From positions 372,001 through 436,000 of the forward strand of contig NC_088308.1 in NCBI RefSeq assembly GCF_910592395.1: 64,000 nucleotides of DNA, in the 5' to 3' direction. Shown in pieces: positions 1 through 12,418 of the stretch. The first letter of the stretch is position 1. Each line of letters begins with the position of its first letter. The translations under genes and the position numbers were made by a program. The stretch is from Lineus longissimus. Lineage: Eukaryota. The notes beneath the pieces were generated by a model, which worked only from the letters and a program-made list of their open reading frames with translations, ran no database searches and was not told the origin of the DNA.

Positions 1-930
1 AGGTGTGGGCCATTTCATGCCACTTTTGGGAAGGTTGAAACCCTGTTTTACGGTAGCTTGAAGTGAAATTTATTCCCTTTGTGAAGTAAGGTTGCCAAGT
101 GGGAAAAATCACTTTGAAGGACAATTTTACAATACTTACGCATTATTTTGCTCACTTATCAGTAACATCACAAAAATTGACATGATTTCAACAGTAGTGA
201 GAAGATATATTTTTACAAAAGGCACAGATCCCAGTTAACACATTGAGAGGATGTTTATCACCATATTCAGTCCATGTTATGTGTGGCTTAAAGTAGGTCG
301 GTGGGCTATTTCTCCATTTCGCTGGTTAAAATACCAATACATGAAGCTAAGAGCTGTAGATAACTTATTACCTATTAGCACGAGGAGAGATATTTCTTGA
401 TTCTCGGCAGCCATCTTGGATCCCGAGTGCCATCTTGAATTTATCGAAATCCATTAAGTGCCAATAGTCCTTTGAAACATTATAGCCAAGATTTTCTTTA
501 AACATCGTACCAATAATAATAATATGAATTGGTCACGGATTGGGATGGCCCAGGGACCCGTCCACCAACTCTCGTAATGTTCCCATCTATAGAGAGTTTC
601 CGTTGCTGCATCCCATGATAGAGTGACATCTCGTTATTGATAATAATGTGACGAAATGATTCTTTGCATGACACCATGTCACAATATCGTGAAACGCTGC
701 AACAGCGCCTTTCTTTCGACAAGGCGGGATTGATCACCCGCATCAGGCACTGGGAAGACCCCAGATGGTCGATGTCGCCATTCAGCAGACGGAGCTATTC
801 TATAATGAGCGAGTAGGAACGAGGCTGGATGTAAAAACAGTCCATCTTGCAGAAGAGCAGAGGTCACATTTCTCAAAATGCCGATGATGGAGGAAAGAAT
901 AACAAAACATTGAAACGAGGAGAAGTAGCA

Positions 931-1143
931 TCATACGTAGCTCGACTCCTCATCCTGAATAGTCACTTTCATGTAGCGTCTGTATCGGCTATTGTTTACT
1001 CCAATCCTGATCGTCGATTCACTAGTCGTATGACTTGAGGTGGACTTGCGGTTGTTTTCGTCGGAGTCGCAATGTTTGTCGCCGAAACAAGGATGGCAGA
1101 AGCACTGAGCGAAGAGCTGGCGGAATGCACGTTTGTACTTTTC
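931..1143 (-). CDS. Lkr: GPCR final coding exon (helix 8 and C-tail, EKYKRAFRQLF...EESSYV*)
   Basis: Acceptor CCTTCCTTCTCTTGCAG|GAA, phase 0; helix-8-like EKYKRAF followed by Cys cluster QCFCHPC and a Ser/Thr-rich tail; TGA at 933-931. Confidence 0.88.
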   Translation of the reverse strand, partial: EKYKRAFRQLFAQCFCHPCFGDKHCDSDENNRKSTSSHTTSESTIRIGVNNSRYRRYMKVTIQDEESSYV

Positions 1144-3042
1144 CTGCAAGAGAAGGAAGGTGAAAGTTTGATACAGCATATCTGCAACGCGTCCATCTAG
1201 TCTAGTTATAATTCACCTGTCGGATGTTGATGTTATCGCAATAGAACTCCAAAATTAGCGGTTGGGACGAGGTGATCAGGTCATGAGGTTTAGTTTCAAA
1301 AGATCTCATTTCGTTCCACGGAATCTAGTTCAGCAGGGAAGTTTTTTGCGAAGCCCCGAATCGCCTATCATTCGCCAACCTTATCACGAAGCCGAAGAGC
1401 GAGATAGGCATTAAAGTTACCGTTTCAAGGGCTTTGGGGAAAGTCTCCACTGTAGCCTCTTGCACTTTTGAACAAGAGGGAAGAATTCTTCACCTGACAC
1501 CTGATGTTGTATACTCAGCAACAACTTACAGGCTATGTGACCCCACTGCGGTCATTTCCCCAGTGACGCCCATCTCAAAGCATAAGCGCCTTACATATTC
1601 TCGTCATGAGTCAATAATGCGACGCCAATCACTCGACCAAACTTTTTCTTTCACACCATAAGCTCGACGGCACGACCAAGGTCTTCATATTTCTTTCCCG
1701 TTGAGCACAGGGAATTCAGGGGGGGATTATGAGAAAATCGTCTTTTTTACGTTTTCTTTACCGACAAGGAGAATGCTGAGGAGATATTTGTCTCACAGTG
1801 CTCTGTAGACAGACATGGACAACGTAACCTAAGAAAACCGTTTTTTATCTCTTGCAATCAACCTGATTTCTCATCTCATCTTTTTGATTCTCCTATGACA
1901 ATAAAGCGATCACGAGACATCGTGATCGGGCAGCAAGTATTGCAATCAATCAGTCGACATGCAGCTGGTGCAAGAAGATCACCAAAACGTAATGAAATCA
2001 ACTCGTACAAATGGATATGGCAAAAATATACGGCCAACAAGGATCATGACTGAACGCAAATTGTCCCAGCACAGGATGAGATGAATCAGACAAGGAATGG
2101 GCACTGCCACTGATGAGCCAAATATCGCGTTCGGGGCAGGATACGGTAATGATTGGTCGGAAACAAGGCTCGCTCAACAATCCCCTTGTCCGCGGAACGG
2201 GCGATATATTAATTTCGGGAAAGTTCGTTGTTAACATAGGGATGATTGATTCTCGGAGTCGGGTGATTGATATCGAATGAGAGAGGACGTTGTTAGACCA
2301 TCTGTCAGGTTGGTATGACGGCTTGGTTTTATTAGTTTACAATGTGACATGATCGGGTTGGGGTCAGGGGCTGATCTAGGAATTTGGTAAGGCGGTGTTT
2401 TCCTCGTCCAACGATCCTCGAGTTCCTCCCTTGTATCCGCTGCTGTGGGTCGTGGGTAATCTGAGCAAGGTCAAGCAAAGGAGTCAGCTAATTTGTGTGT
2501 CAATAAAGTCGTACGACGACGCTTGTCAAAGAAACACCTGTATTGTGAGGAAAATTGGCCATCTCTATCCCAGAGCGAAAATGACTTCACATACCAACCA
2601 CTGGTCTGCTTTTGTCGTCCAGGATATACCATTAGGCGGAACTAGAACCATGAATCTAGTATCCCCTGGAGATAGCTCATACTTGTCATAGCCATAACTT
2701 CGGTCATAGTCCCTGATCTGGTACACGCCCCAAACCCATCCAAAAAACGGTGGACTTTTTTTAGCAGAATTGCAGGCTTCCGTTTGCTCATAGCCCGATC
2801 GCAAGTACCCCAATGCACCAGCTTTCGGCGACAGGGTGTCATCCCTAGGGATGTGTTCTGCCTCCTGAAGCACCTTCATCCTACAAAAAGGTTGAAATGC
2901 CGATGTCATGAGTATAGGATGTCAAGGGAGGTCACAGCCAATGTTTGTGATGACCTATCCTCAAGACTCCCATTACATGTCCGCAATCACTTTCCTGTCC
3001 GCAAATCCCGGGCCCAAGTCTTCCCATTATCTCCATACTTAC
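1144..3042 (-). other. GT-AG intron, 1,899 bp, phase 0
   Basis: GTAAGT...TTGCAG boundaries; phase matches on both sides. Confidence 0.88.
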
Positions 3043-3133
3043 ACTTAACAAGCCATAAATGAAAGGGTTGTAACACGAATTACTCATGGCTAACCAGTTG
3101 GAACAGAACCAGATGATGTTGATATATTTGTAC
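3043..3133 (-). CDS. Lkr: GPCR coding exon 3 (TM7): (Q)YKYINIIWFCSNWLAMSNSCYNPFIYGLLS
   Basis: Not in the ORF track; translated manually. Acceptor CTCTTTCTCGTTACAG| and donor AGT|GTAAGT; 91 nt, phase 2 to 0, completing codon CA|G; NPxxY motif (NPFIY). Confidence 0.93.
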
Positions 3134-4149
3134 CTGTAACGAGAAAGAGCTATTGATAGCCTGTTCTATGGATTTGGCGATGAGTAATGGAAGTAGCGGT
3201 TGAATGTGGTCACGCCCGAGATACACAATATCACGGATGGGTAGGAAAGACCAACGGTAACCGACAATGCTGTGGCGTTGCTGGTTATAATTATTAGCCT
3301 CAGTGAAATATTGGACCGAAATGGGTGGATATCATTGCCGAACACAGGATACTGAGGATCTGTCCTGGTTTGATTCAATACGCTAAGACAAAAAAGGCCA
3401 CAAGGTTATTTTCCTTCAGTAAACTCCGAGGTCTCGTTTCTCGGTGACTGAAGCAAGGCTGCTTCAAGATATAAACGTTTTGCAGCTATTTCATATCGAT
3501 ATTGCGGCGTAATGATATCTTCTTGTCATTGGTTCTGCCGATTTGGCCAATAAATTATGGATAATTGGATCTAATTGTATGGCTATACTATAAGCCGATA
3601 AAGCAGAGTCCACGATCACATCTCAAGGTCACGCTCAGTCAACAACACTGTTTGACTACTCCTCGGACAGACATGTTAGATTTTCAGCCTGCTATACCGA
3701 GTGGGTTTTAATCCACTCCTGAAGGATTCTATCGATAATTCGGTGACTCAATGTCGGCGACTTATTTGAATAACGCCTTTCGTTCATATTGAAGGACAAC
3801 ATCTTTGTGTTAGTTGTACTTGACTACCATTGGTGCTAGTCTGGGCCACACTCTGCAGCCTTTCGGCATTTCAATTGCTTACACTACAAAAAGATCAGCA
3901 TCTGTTATTGAAATCTTAGCTCAGATATTCAGTGCTAAGCAAACGACGAATAGAGAATGACTTTCCAAGAACAAATGTAGGTCATGCTTTAACTATTGAT
4001 GTGATATTTTGAAAATGATTTGCGATAGATCAGCTGTGACATCGATGATCTCTCGTTCAATTTGAGAAGTATTGAAGACTAAGAATACAATAAACTTGAC
4101 GTAAAGAAGTTAAGCAGCATTGGTAAGGAAGATACATATGATATCTTAC
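3134..4149 (-). other. GT-AG intron, 1,016 bp, phase 2
   Basis: GTAAGA...TTACAG boundaries; phase matches on both sides. Confidence 0.9.
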
Positions 4150-4250
4150 TGGTTTACTCTTTCATCTATTTCAGCTAACAGGTGGTATGCTTGAAGAGGT
4201 AGCCAGCAGAGAGCAAACAGCGCCACCACCACGATTAACATCTTTATAAC
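4150..4250 (-). CDS. Lkr: GPCR coding exon 2 (TM6, ECL3): VIKMLIVVVALFALCWLPLQAYHLLAEIDERVN plus CA
   Basis: Acceptor CTTTTACTTTCTCGTTGCAG| and donor CA|GTAAGA; 101 nt, phase 0 to 2; CWLP motif; joins exon 1 as NKRK|VIKML. Confidence 0.93.
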
Positions 4251-7200
4251 CTGCAACGAGAAAGTAAAAGTTACCATGAGACATTTTAAAAACGTTATAA
4301 TACCGGTCCACATATATTTTCTACTGTGTGGTATATATAGAGAGAAGGAGTTGCAATTATTGAGGATGCTGTTACCTGAAGATAAGTCCAATGTTCACAC
4401 TTGGTTATTGACCATCAAAATTCATTGTATTCACACCAGACATGACATAAGTTCTATAGTCGTGAAAAATGTTACTGGCAACACTTTCATAAAAGTAACA
4501 CTTGGTCACTTTTTTGGCAAGAGCATTCAATTGCATCCAGCATCTCGTGGATGTCTCATGTGACCCTGAAAAGACCATATAAAGATGTCTCCTTTTCGAC
4601 ACACAATTCTTTTAAACAGCACAGATAAATACTAGTATCTCATATCCATAGTTCATAGGGCTGATCATGATAATTGATCATTGATTGAAGAAACATAGCG
4701 AGGGGATACCAGACATGATTCCTAGATGACCTTTTCAGTCTGCCTCCACATTGCTCAGGCATATCAGGAAAACGCTTTCTCCAGCAAGAACGAACTCCCC
4801 CCTGAGTGACACTTTTATCAGTTTCCATTTCTTTCCAACATTGTATCAACCCGGCGTGGTCTTTGATAAGTAGGTTGTCGACAAACTGGACACTGGTCTT
4901 TGATAAATGCCATAAACCATCAACAAGACAAATTAATCAAATGGTGGCTGAGTTGGCAGCTTGAAAGTGTTTATTTTCTTCTTGACACGATGTCGTTCAC
5001 GAGCTCTTCGACATGCTGAAGGACCTGGCAGTCAGCTGCATGTTGAATGGTTTCCAAGTTATTCGAGGCAGAAAAAGCTCCACAACCTGTCGTTATCATG
5101 GCGATGCTTTACGCCGTGTCAAATAAGCTTTCTTGGTGTTCAGTGGGAGCATTGCTTACATTACACCATCTTGAAATGACAGCAATTCTGACACAATCCC
5201 GAAACATAAACAGGGATATATATTGCTTTTCCGATCTTCATCTTTTACCAACTGGGTTAACGACTGCGTATTTTTCTAAGCTGGCAAACTAATTTCGTTA
5301 TTTGACAGTATTATGATATCTTTCTTCCCATTCAGATGTCATTTCTGAGACATTGAGTTTCTGTGAGTAAATATTTGGATGTTTGATTCTACGGATATCT
5401 ATTTGACTGTCTCGCATTTTGATTAACAACAACTGCATTTTTCAGAAGGTTGCATAAGTCCTTAACATCACCAAATCTACGGTTAGAATATGACACCTCA
5501 ATTGCATGAGATGGTAAGGGGTCACTTTTAATAAGGTTTATTTCAATAGTAGACACATAATTTGTTACCTTAGAAGTTTTGATACCAGGCACTAACCGCA
5601 AAAAAACGACCGGCGAAGTGGAAATTGACATTGTTAGGTTGATACTCCGGGGGTTCCAGATCGATGAGTTTTCCGCGTGTGGCGTCCCTGATAGTAGAAA
5701 GTCATCACAGGTCGCAATGAGACATGTCCCCAGGTATGCCGCAGTTGATGCCACCAAGTTTTTCGCGAGGCGTATGCCTTTGGAACGATGCATGGCAAAT
5801 ATCTCTTAGCAAGTGATTACCATTGCGTGGAAACCGTCACAGTCAGAGACTGATAATAGCAAGCTCATTTCGATCTGTGGCCCACACTGTCGGGATGGGG
5901 GTAGGGGCAAGTCTGTATCGACCCCCTCCCCCCATGCCTTCATCATAGGGAGAACAGGTGTGGATTTTGTGTGAAACATGTCCTACACACACGGTAGTAA
6001 CAGAACTCTGCACTTTAAGTCTCTGAGGTGTAACCAAATCTTTATCCGCCACTATATATTATAGCGAAGCACACTTTTCCCATTTTGAAAACTACCGCAC
6101 AGTGGATTAAAAAAAAGAAATCCTTTAAAGATCGCGACAAAGGTGAAGAAAATATTGCCATCAATCTGTGGCAAACTGTTCTTACATCTGAAAGATGACA
6201 CATTTCCAATTTAATCACCCATTATATAAAAATATGATATACGCAACGCCATAGACAATGGAATAATCAATTAAGAGTACGTTCGCCTTATCACCTCGCA
6301 GTAGTGCCAGGGGTCTGGAAGAAAAATCTTTGACATAAGGCGATCATTCGTCAGATAGGTCAACAGATATTCAAGGTGACCTTGGCCTTAGTAATGAGGT
6401 GCCACCTGTATTCACCACGATTTTGTGTACAATTGACGCAGACACGACGCCATTAAGTTGTCGATAAAGGACAATTCACACTTCGTCGCTCGGAGCTTTT
6501 CGCAACCCTCTAAGTAAGGCTTGCGAAACCTGCCTAATGTCTTTCCACAGCTGATATAGTTCAGTACCGCTCACACAGATCTGTACACTAAAGCCCAGTC
6601 CCCTTATTTTGACAAATCAATTGCTACAATGACAGAACAAAAGACTTGCATTAATTGATTAAACCACAGAACTCAGTTCACGTTTGCCCAAAGCCGGGAC
6701 ACAAAAGTGTTCCACGATGGTGTTACGTCAAATGTATTGTATTCGGTCATAATCGGTCGCGGTTGATTTGAACGCCAGTCAGTTGGTGTGTGTACTGCGG
6801 AGAACATCGCTGGAACACATTCTCCGATTTCAAACATAAGAACGCTTTCAATACTTCCGAAATCAAGTCAAGAATGCTACAGTAGAAGGTAGGGTCCCAC
6901 AACTATGCTTTATCTTTGTCTGGATTGGTTTTGGCAAGGTTTTTGCTGTTGTTTTAGTCATGAAGACAGGTTTGGAATGAACTGCGCAGTTAGAAAATTT
7001 CAGACGCCAGCCAGACTGCACGTAGATTTACGGACTATGTTCATCACTGTACTTCACATGGTACATTGGTGATTACAATCACCAAACCTTCTGCACCGTC
7101 TCCGTCTCAAAAATGTCCACGATTCAATAAAAGGTACATGTATTTTTAAACTTCTGTATTGACCCCCCCCCCCCCAAGTGAGATTACATTTGCCTTCGTT

Positions 7201-7428
7201 TCAAAATGGTCATTCGGCCATTTTGTTTTCACATCCCCCCATGCGTTCACGTGCTAAATCCGAGGGTAGCTTTCACAGAAGTCAAAGCAGTAAGACTCTC
7301 CCTCCAAGTGGAACTTGGTAAGAGAGGACTGTGAGAATGTATGGCTGGAGGGCTTTGCCATGTCCAAGCCCTCTGTGACATACGGGTATTATTTTAAGAG
7401 ATGTTTTAGATTCAAACAATGATTTGCA

Positions 7429-8118
7429 TGGCTCCACTATCCCGACTGTGGTGTAGCACCCGACTATAACTGGCATGAATAGGGAATACGCTGGTTATGG
7501 ATGTCAGATAGTGGTTCCCTGACTTTTGCAAACAATTTCACTGGACGTAACCCACGCGGCGACACCAAGGACCGCTGGCTGATCTATTGATATGTTCGCA
7601 GTAGGGTGTCAAAGTCGGAGAGACGAAGAGCCACTCGCCTCTTGTAGGGGGTTCATTTGAAAGTGTTTGCATTTGTTAGCCTATAAACACAAGATTTCAA
7701 TCCTTCAGTCTTGGGTTTGGCGGAGAGAACTAATCTTACATAAGTCCCAAAACAATATCATATGTCTTTATGACAATATTTATTATTGGGACCCAGTACA
7801 GTGCCGTTCAATCCAATATTCCTGGGGCTGTTGGAGAGACTTCTTGTCTAAACAGTACCATTCTGCCCCCTCTAAGGCATAACAATGGGAAGTTATAAAC
7901 ACAAGATTTTAATCCTTGTCTCGGGTGTCTTTGAGAGAACTGATCACACACAATTCCCAATCTACTCGTCAGCTGGCTGAAAGATTACCTGGGTTGAACG
8001 TGTTGCTGAGATGTTTTTAAAGAGATACTTGTGGCTGTTGGAGAGACTTTTTGTCTAAACAGTACCATTCTGCCCCCTCTAAGGCATATATTGATACTAA
8101 ATTGACTACTAAATGAAA
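7429..8118. repeat. 690 bp direct repeat, copy 1
   Basis: Aligns ungapped with 8501-9190 at offset 1072; about 18 substitutions by manual count (about 97% identity). Confidence 0.95.
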
Positions 8119-8217
8119 GCAGGTCAACACAATTAGGGTCGAGTATAATGCAAATGATCAACCGTGTTTTGCAAGGATGATATGACGTCATGTACATCAG
8201 TCCCTCCCCCAATGCAA

Positions 8218-8407
8218 ATTCTTGAGAGAATTCACTTAATGGCTGTTGTCACCATCATTGTTATCACTGTTCAGACTCAATTTCTTGAGAGAATTCATTC
8301 GCTTCATGGCTGTTGTCGCCATCACTGCATTCATTGTTCAGACTCCATTTCTTGAGAGAATTCGCTTCAAGGCTGTTCTCGCCATCATTCTTATCTCTGT
8401 TCAGACT
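8218..8407. repeat. Diverged minisatellite, about 3 x 62-67 bp, in the spacer between the 690 bp repeats
   Basis: Three iterations of TTCTTGAGAGAATTC...GGCTGTT...CCATCA...TGTTCAGACT. Confidence 0.85.
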
Positions 8408-8500
8408 GAGCTCTCAAATCGTGAAGGGCGTTCTTATTCCTGTCACGACTGGGGTTGACTAAAATATGTTTAATCAAATTCAAATAATCGTTCACTTTTG

Positions 8501-9190
8501 TGGCTCCACTATCCCGACTGTGGTGTAGCACCCAACTATAACTAGCATGAATAGGGAATACGCTGGTTATGGATGTCAGATCGTGGTTTCCTGACTTTTG
8601 CAGACAATTTCACTGGACGTAACCCACGCGGCGACACCAAGGACCGCTGGCTGATCTATTGATATGTTCGCAGTAGGGTGTCAAAGTCGGAGAGACGAAG
8701 AGCCACTCGTCTCTTGTAGGGGGTTCATTTGAAAGTGTTTGCATTTGTTAGCCTATAAACACAAGATTTCAATCCTTCAGTCTTGGGTTTGGCGGAGAGA
8801 ACTAATCTTACATAAGTCCCAAAACAATATCATATGTCTTTATGGCAATATTTATTATTGGGACCCAGTACAGTGCCGTTCAATCCAATATTCCTGGGGC
8901 TGTTGGAGAGACTTCTTGTCTAAACAGTACCATTATGCCCCCTCTAAGGCATAACAATGGTAAGTTATAAACACAAGATTTTAATCCTTGTCTCGGGTGT
9001 CTTTGAGAGAACTGATCACACACAATTCCCAATCTACTCGTCAGCCAGCTGACAGATTACCTGGGTTGAACGTGTTGCTGAGATGTTTTTGAAGAGATAC
9101 TTGTGGCTGTTAGAGAGACTTCTTGTCTAAACAGTACCATTCTGCCCCCTCTAAGGCAAATATTGATACTAAATTGACTGCGAAATGAAA
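8501..9190. repeat. 690 bp direct repeat, copy 2
   Basis: Second copy of 7429-8118. Confidence 0.95.
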
Positions 9191-11735
9191 CTTATAAACT
9201 GATTGCGCAGGTTGAATACAATTTGTCAAGATGGCCAAAACAATTTCATATGTTACCCTGATGATATCTATTACTGGGAGAGCCAGTGCAACATACATTA
9301 GATGAAGGTGGTTAATTGGAGGTGCTGCCACATTGCCTCCTCTGATACAAAGGTACAAAGTCCAAGCATTAGTATTGCCACCTGGTAAGACCATTATACC
9401 CGATCTTCATGTGATTGCCAGGAAAGCGGAAGTTGCAGTAAGTCCTAGTCATAATTCGCACTGTGAATGGAAGATTGGCCTTTTTGGAAATAATTGGAAG
9501 TAGAAATCTTGATCTTGGCTCTGACCCTGACTCTGACCTTAACCATCATGTCTCATCATTTCAGAGGTTATGTCCCATGAGGCGTGAAAGCGAAAATGAT
9601 TAGTGTCAGTCTTCACTATGGCGAGGAGGCAGTGCTCAGTTTGAACAGGTAGGAATGCGAAAAAAAATGTGTAATTCGCCAAGGCTCCATTCTTAGACCA
9701 TCACTTCATTTGAGACTCACTAGATGGCGACTGGCCTTCAGGGTACATTAATAGCAAATGATGACAGAATAAAGTTTCTTTTCTCCCAAATCTGCCAGTC
9801 CACTCCCAGTTAAAAATCAATGTGACACTGAATAAGTTTGACCAAACTCTCTTAGGATGCAGAGCTCACTCAACCGCATGTACATCGATATGTCTTATTT
9901 CATCTTCAGAGTGAAGGACCAACTGCTTCCTCATGACTGACCCCGGCATTTTAACATCGATGGAAACAAGCCACTCGTCCAAGTCAGACCTGACAAAACA
10001 TCAATGGAGACGAAGAATAACTCGCGACCAAGAGCATTGACACATCAGGATGAACAGGTGCAACAGTTTTAAGTTCCCCAGGATAGTGGGGACGAATGAT
10101 TTTATTATGCGCTTTAAATCTCTGAGGTATACATGCTTCCCGAAATTGGTGGCTTGCATTGGAACTAACTTTTCCCCCCTTGTCCGTCATTAAAGGCATT
10201 CAAGTGTGTTGGTCAACCACGACTATCTCCTTTGTCCCTCCACCATAAGGCCTAGTTTCCCCTTATGACATCACTATTTCGGACACTCAGCGCCCCATTT
10301 CTGGAACGGTGTATAGAAGGTCGTGGTTCTCAATAGAAACATACCTCAACCCGACATCAACCAATAAGAAAAGACATTTGTTCCTAGGGGACATTCCCAA
10401 CTGCTACATGGGACACGAATCATATCAAGACTTGAGCGCCACCTGTTCCCACATGTCGTGCCTGCAGAGCTTCTTGTAAGGAAATATCTTCTTGTAAAAG
10501 CACGTGTCAGTGATTGTTATTCATCCACATATCAAGACATCAATGTGTTTGTAAGTTGAACATTTGAATTTGTCCTGAAAATATCAAATAAAGAATGGAA
10601 CGTGTCACAATCTAGGTTGTTGTTCGTAACTTCATCAAAGATTCGTAATCCAGGACAAAATTTGACACCTCCTCCCTTGGCCGAGTTGTTCAACACGAAC
10701 TAGCCACTGATCTCAATCAATCGGACTCAACTATAAAGGTAAGGTAACGCGAAGTAAGTCTGCAACAAGCGGTCGTGCTGAGAAACAATCTGGCCCAGGT
10801 GTATTGTGGCAGCCCTTCAGTCACAATCATACCAACGTTAATGTTGAGGGTGCTCAAGTCCCTGGTCTCAGACTGCCAATACTTTCTGCTATCCCAATGT
10901 TGTATGTGGATGCACGGGGATGTTCTTCCCCTAGATGCCCCTTGCATTCCGCGGCCGTGCGGGCATGTGGCTCGATGTATTGGTCAACCGACGATCACTG
11001 TGGTCGACGGAAACCCGGTCACAATAACCTCAATAGAACTCTGTCTTGGTATCTGTTCTAATCATGACACACTGTACGTGCAAAATGACCTGATTTTAGA
11101 CAGTGTCGATATCAAATGAAGACGACGTCTTAATGTCTCCTCCATAGAGGCAGTCTGCAAGGGACACAGGATTGTGGACGTATGAGGATTGCTGCATATT
11201 AAAAACTAGTGTAGCACCATCGTGGCAGGGCTGGTTGCTTACTTTTCATTTTCATTTGAACCTTGTGTTGATCATTCAGTCTGGGGTTTCGCGGAAAAGA
11301 AGGCCCAACTGATATCTTGTTTATGTTTTCCTGACAACATCTATTACTTGGAGGCACCCTGTGACGTTTGATCCAACATACTTTCAGGCGGTTTGAGATG
11401 CTTCTTGTCTGAGCTTTAACACAGTGACAAGACAGCATTAGAATTGTAACCTGCTGTCATTCTAATAGACCATTAGCGGCCATCATGTTACTGTCAGAGA
11501 AACTGATACCGATAAATGTTAACGGCGACGGGATATACTACTACATTACTTGTCAGCCATTTTGCATTTTATTACCCTTAAAGGTCCGTAACTACAGATA
11601 GATATTGTTTTAGCTGTCGAATCAGGAAATATTGATAGCCCATGGCCACAGACGACACTCGTTAGTTACACCTATCAGGGCCACCTCTATTGAGAGCGAG
11701 AGAGTGGTTCGTGTGAAAATATTAATGTACACATC

Positions 11736-11830
11736 GCCCGTTCTTGGGTGTAACGTTATGCCTGTTCACGCACGCCCGTTCTTGCGTGTGGTTCTTGTGC
11801 CATTATGCCTGTTCACACACGCCCTTCCTG
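11736..11830. repeat. Short diverged tandem repeat, about 2.3 units of 38-46 bp
   Basis: Recurrent CGCCCGTTCTTG and TTATGCCTGTTCAC(G/A)CACGCCC. Confidence 0.7.
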
Positions 11831-12240
11831 GAATCAGAGCATTTACGATTTAGTGAGAGTAAAAAGGTCATCCACAACCGCCCTGCACAAAGATGACGCC
11901 ATGATCAGTCACGGGCAAGAAGATGGAGCAACAAGGTCGACTTTATGAAATAATAATCCTTCACATCGGTTCTTAAACATAGTGCATGTTGACGGGAATG
12001 TTGGGAGAGAAGTCGTCACTGATTCAGGGAAGCGATCTGTAGACTAGAATCATGGCATTAGCATTACAACTACACAGTGTTAACGCCGACGGAGCAACAA
12101 ATTCAGCTTCTGAAATAGGATACCTCAATCAGCAGTAAGTCTAAGTTGGTCGAGTAGTCTCTGTGGCAGGGAAAGCGTACATTCCATAACTGAACATGGC
12201 GTCATACTTTCGGCAGCAGTGAAGCAGGGTTCCGCTGGTA

Positions 12241-12418
12241 CAGTAGAACCTCTCTATTAAGGACACCCTCGGGACTGACAAATGCTGTCCTTAATAGAGA
12301 GGTGTCCTGATAAGAGAGGTAAAATTGAATGGAAATAACCAATTTGGGACCAACACTAGTGTCCTTAATAGAGAGGTTGACCTTATTAGAGAAATGTCCG
12401 ATAAGAGAGGTTCTACTG
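12241..12418. mobile_element. 178 bp non-autonomous Tc1/mariner-superfamily (pogo/Tigger-like) MITE
   Basis: Perfect 15 bp TIR CAGTAGAACCTCTCT...AGAGAGGTTCTACTG, extending imperfectly to about 25 bp; TA on both flanks (12239-40 and 12419-20); internal repeats of GTCCTTAATAGAGAGGT. Confidence 0.9.

Noticed and set aside
69..74. Minus-strand AATAAA as the receptor poly(A) signal
   Set aside because: Plausible distance (about 860 nt after the stop), but a lone hexamer in AT-rich DNA cannot be supported without transcripts.
5389..5809. 134-aa and 76-aa ORFs, and the other short ORFs in the track
   Set aside because: No recognisable domains or supporting splice structure; lengths are compatible with chance.
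7667..8954. Duplicated 71-aa ORFs as a gene pair
   Set aside because: TTG starts, no recognisable domain; similarity follows from the DNA duplication.
7429..9190. LTR/TRIM retrotransposon
   Set aside because: Repeats begin TG but lack a terminal CA, primer-binding site, polypurine tract and target-site duplication.
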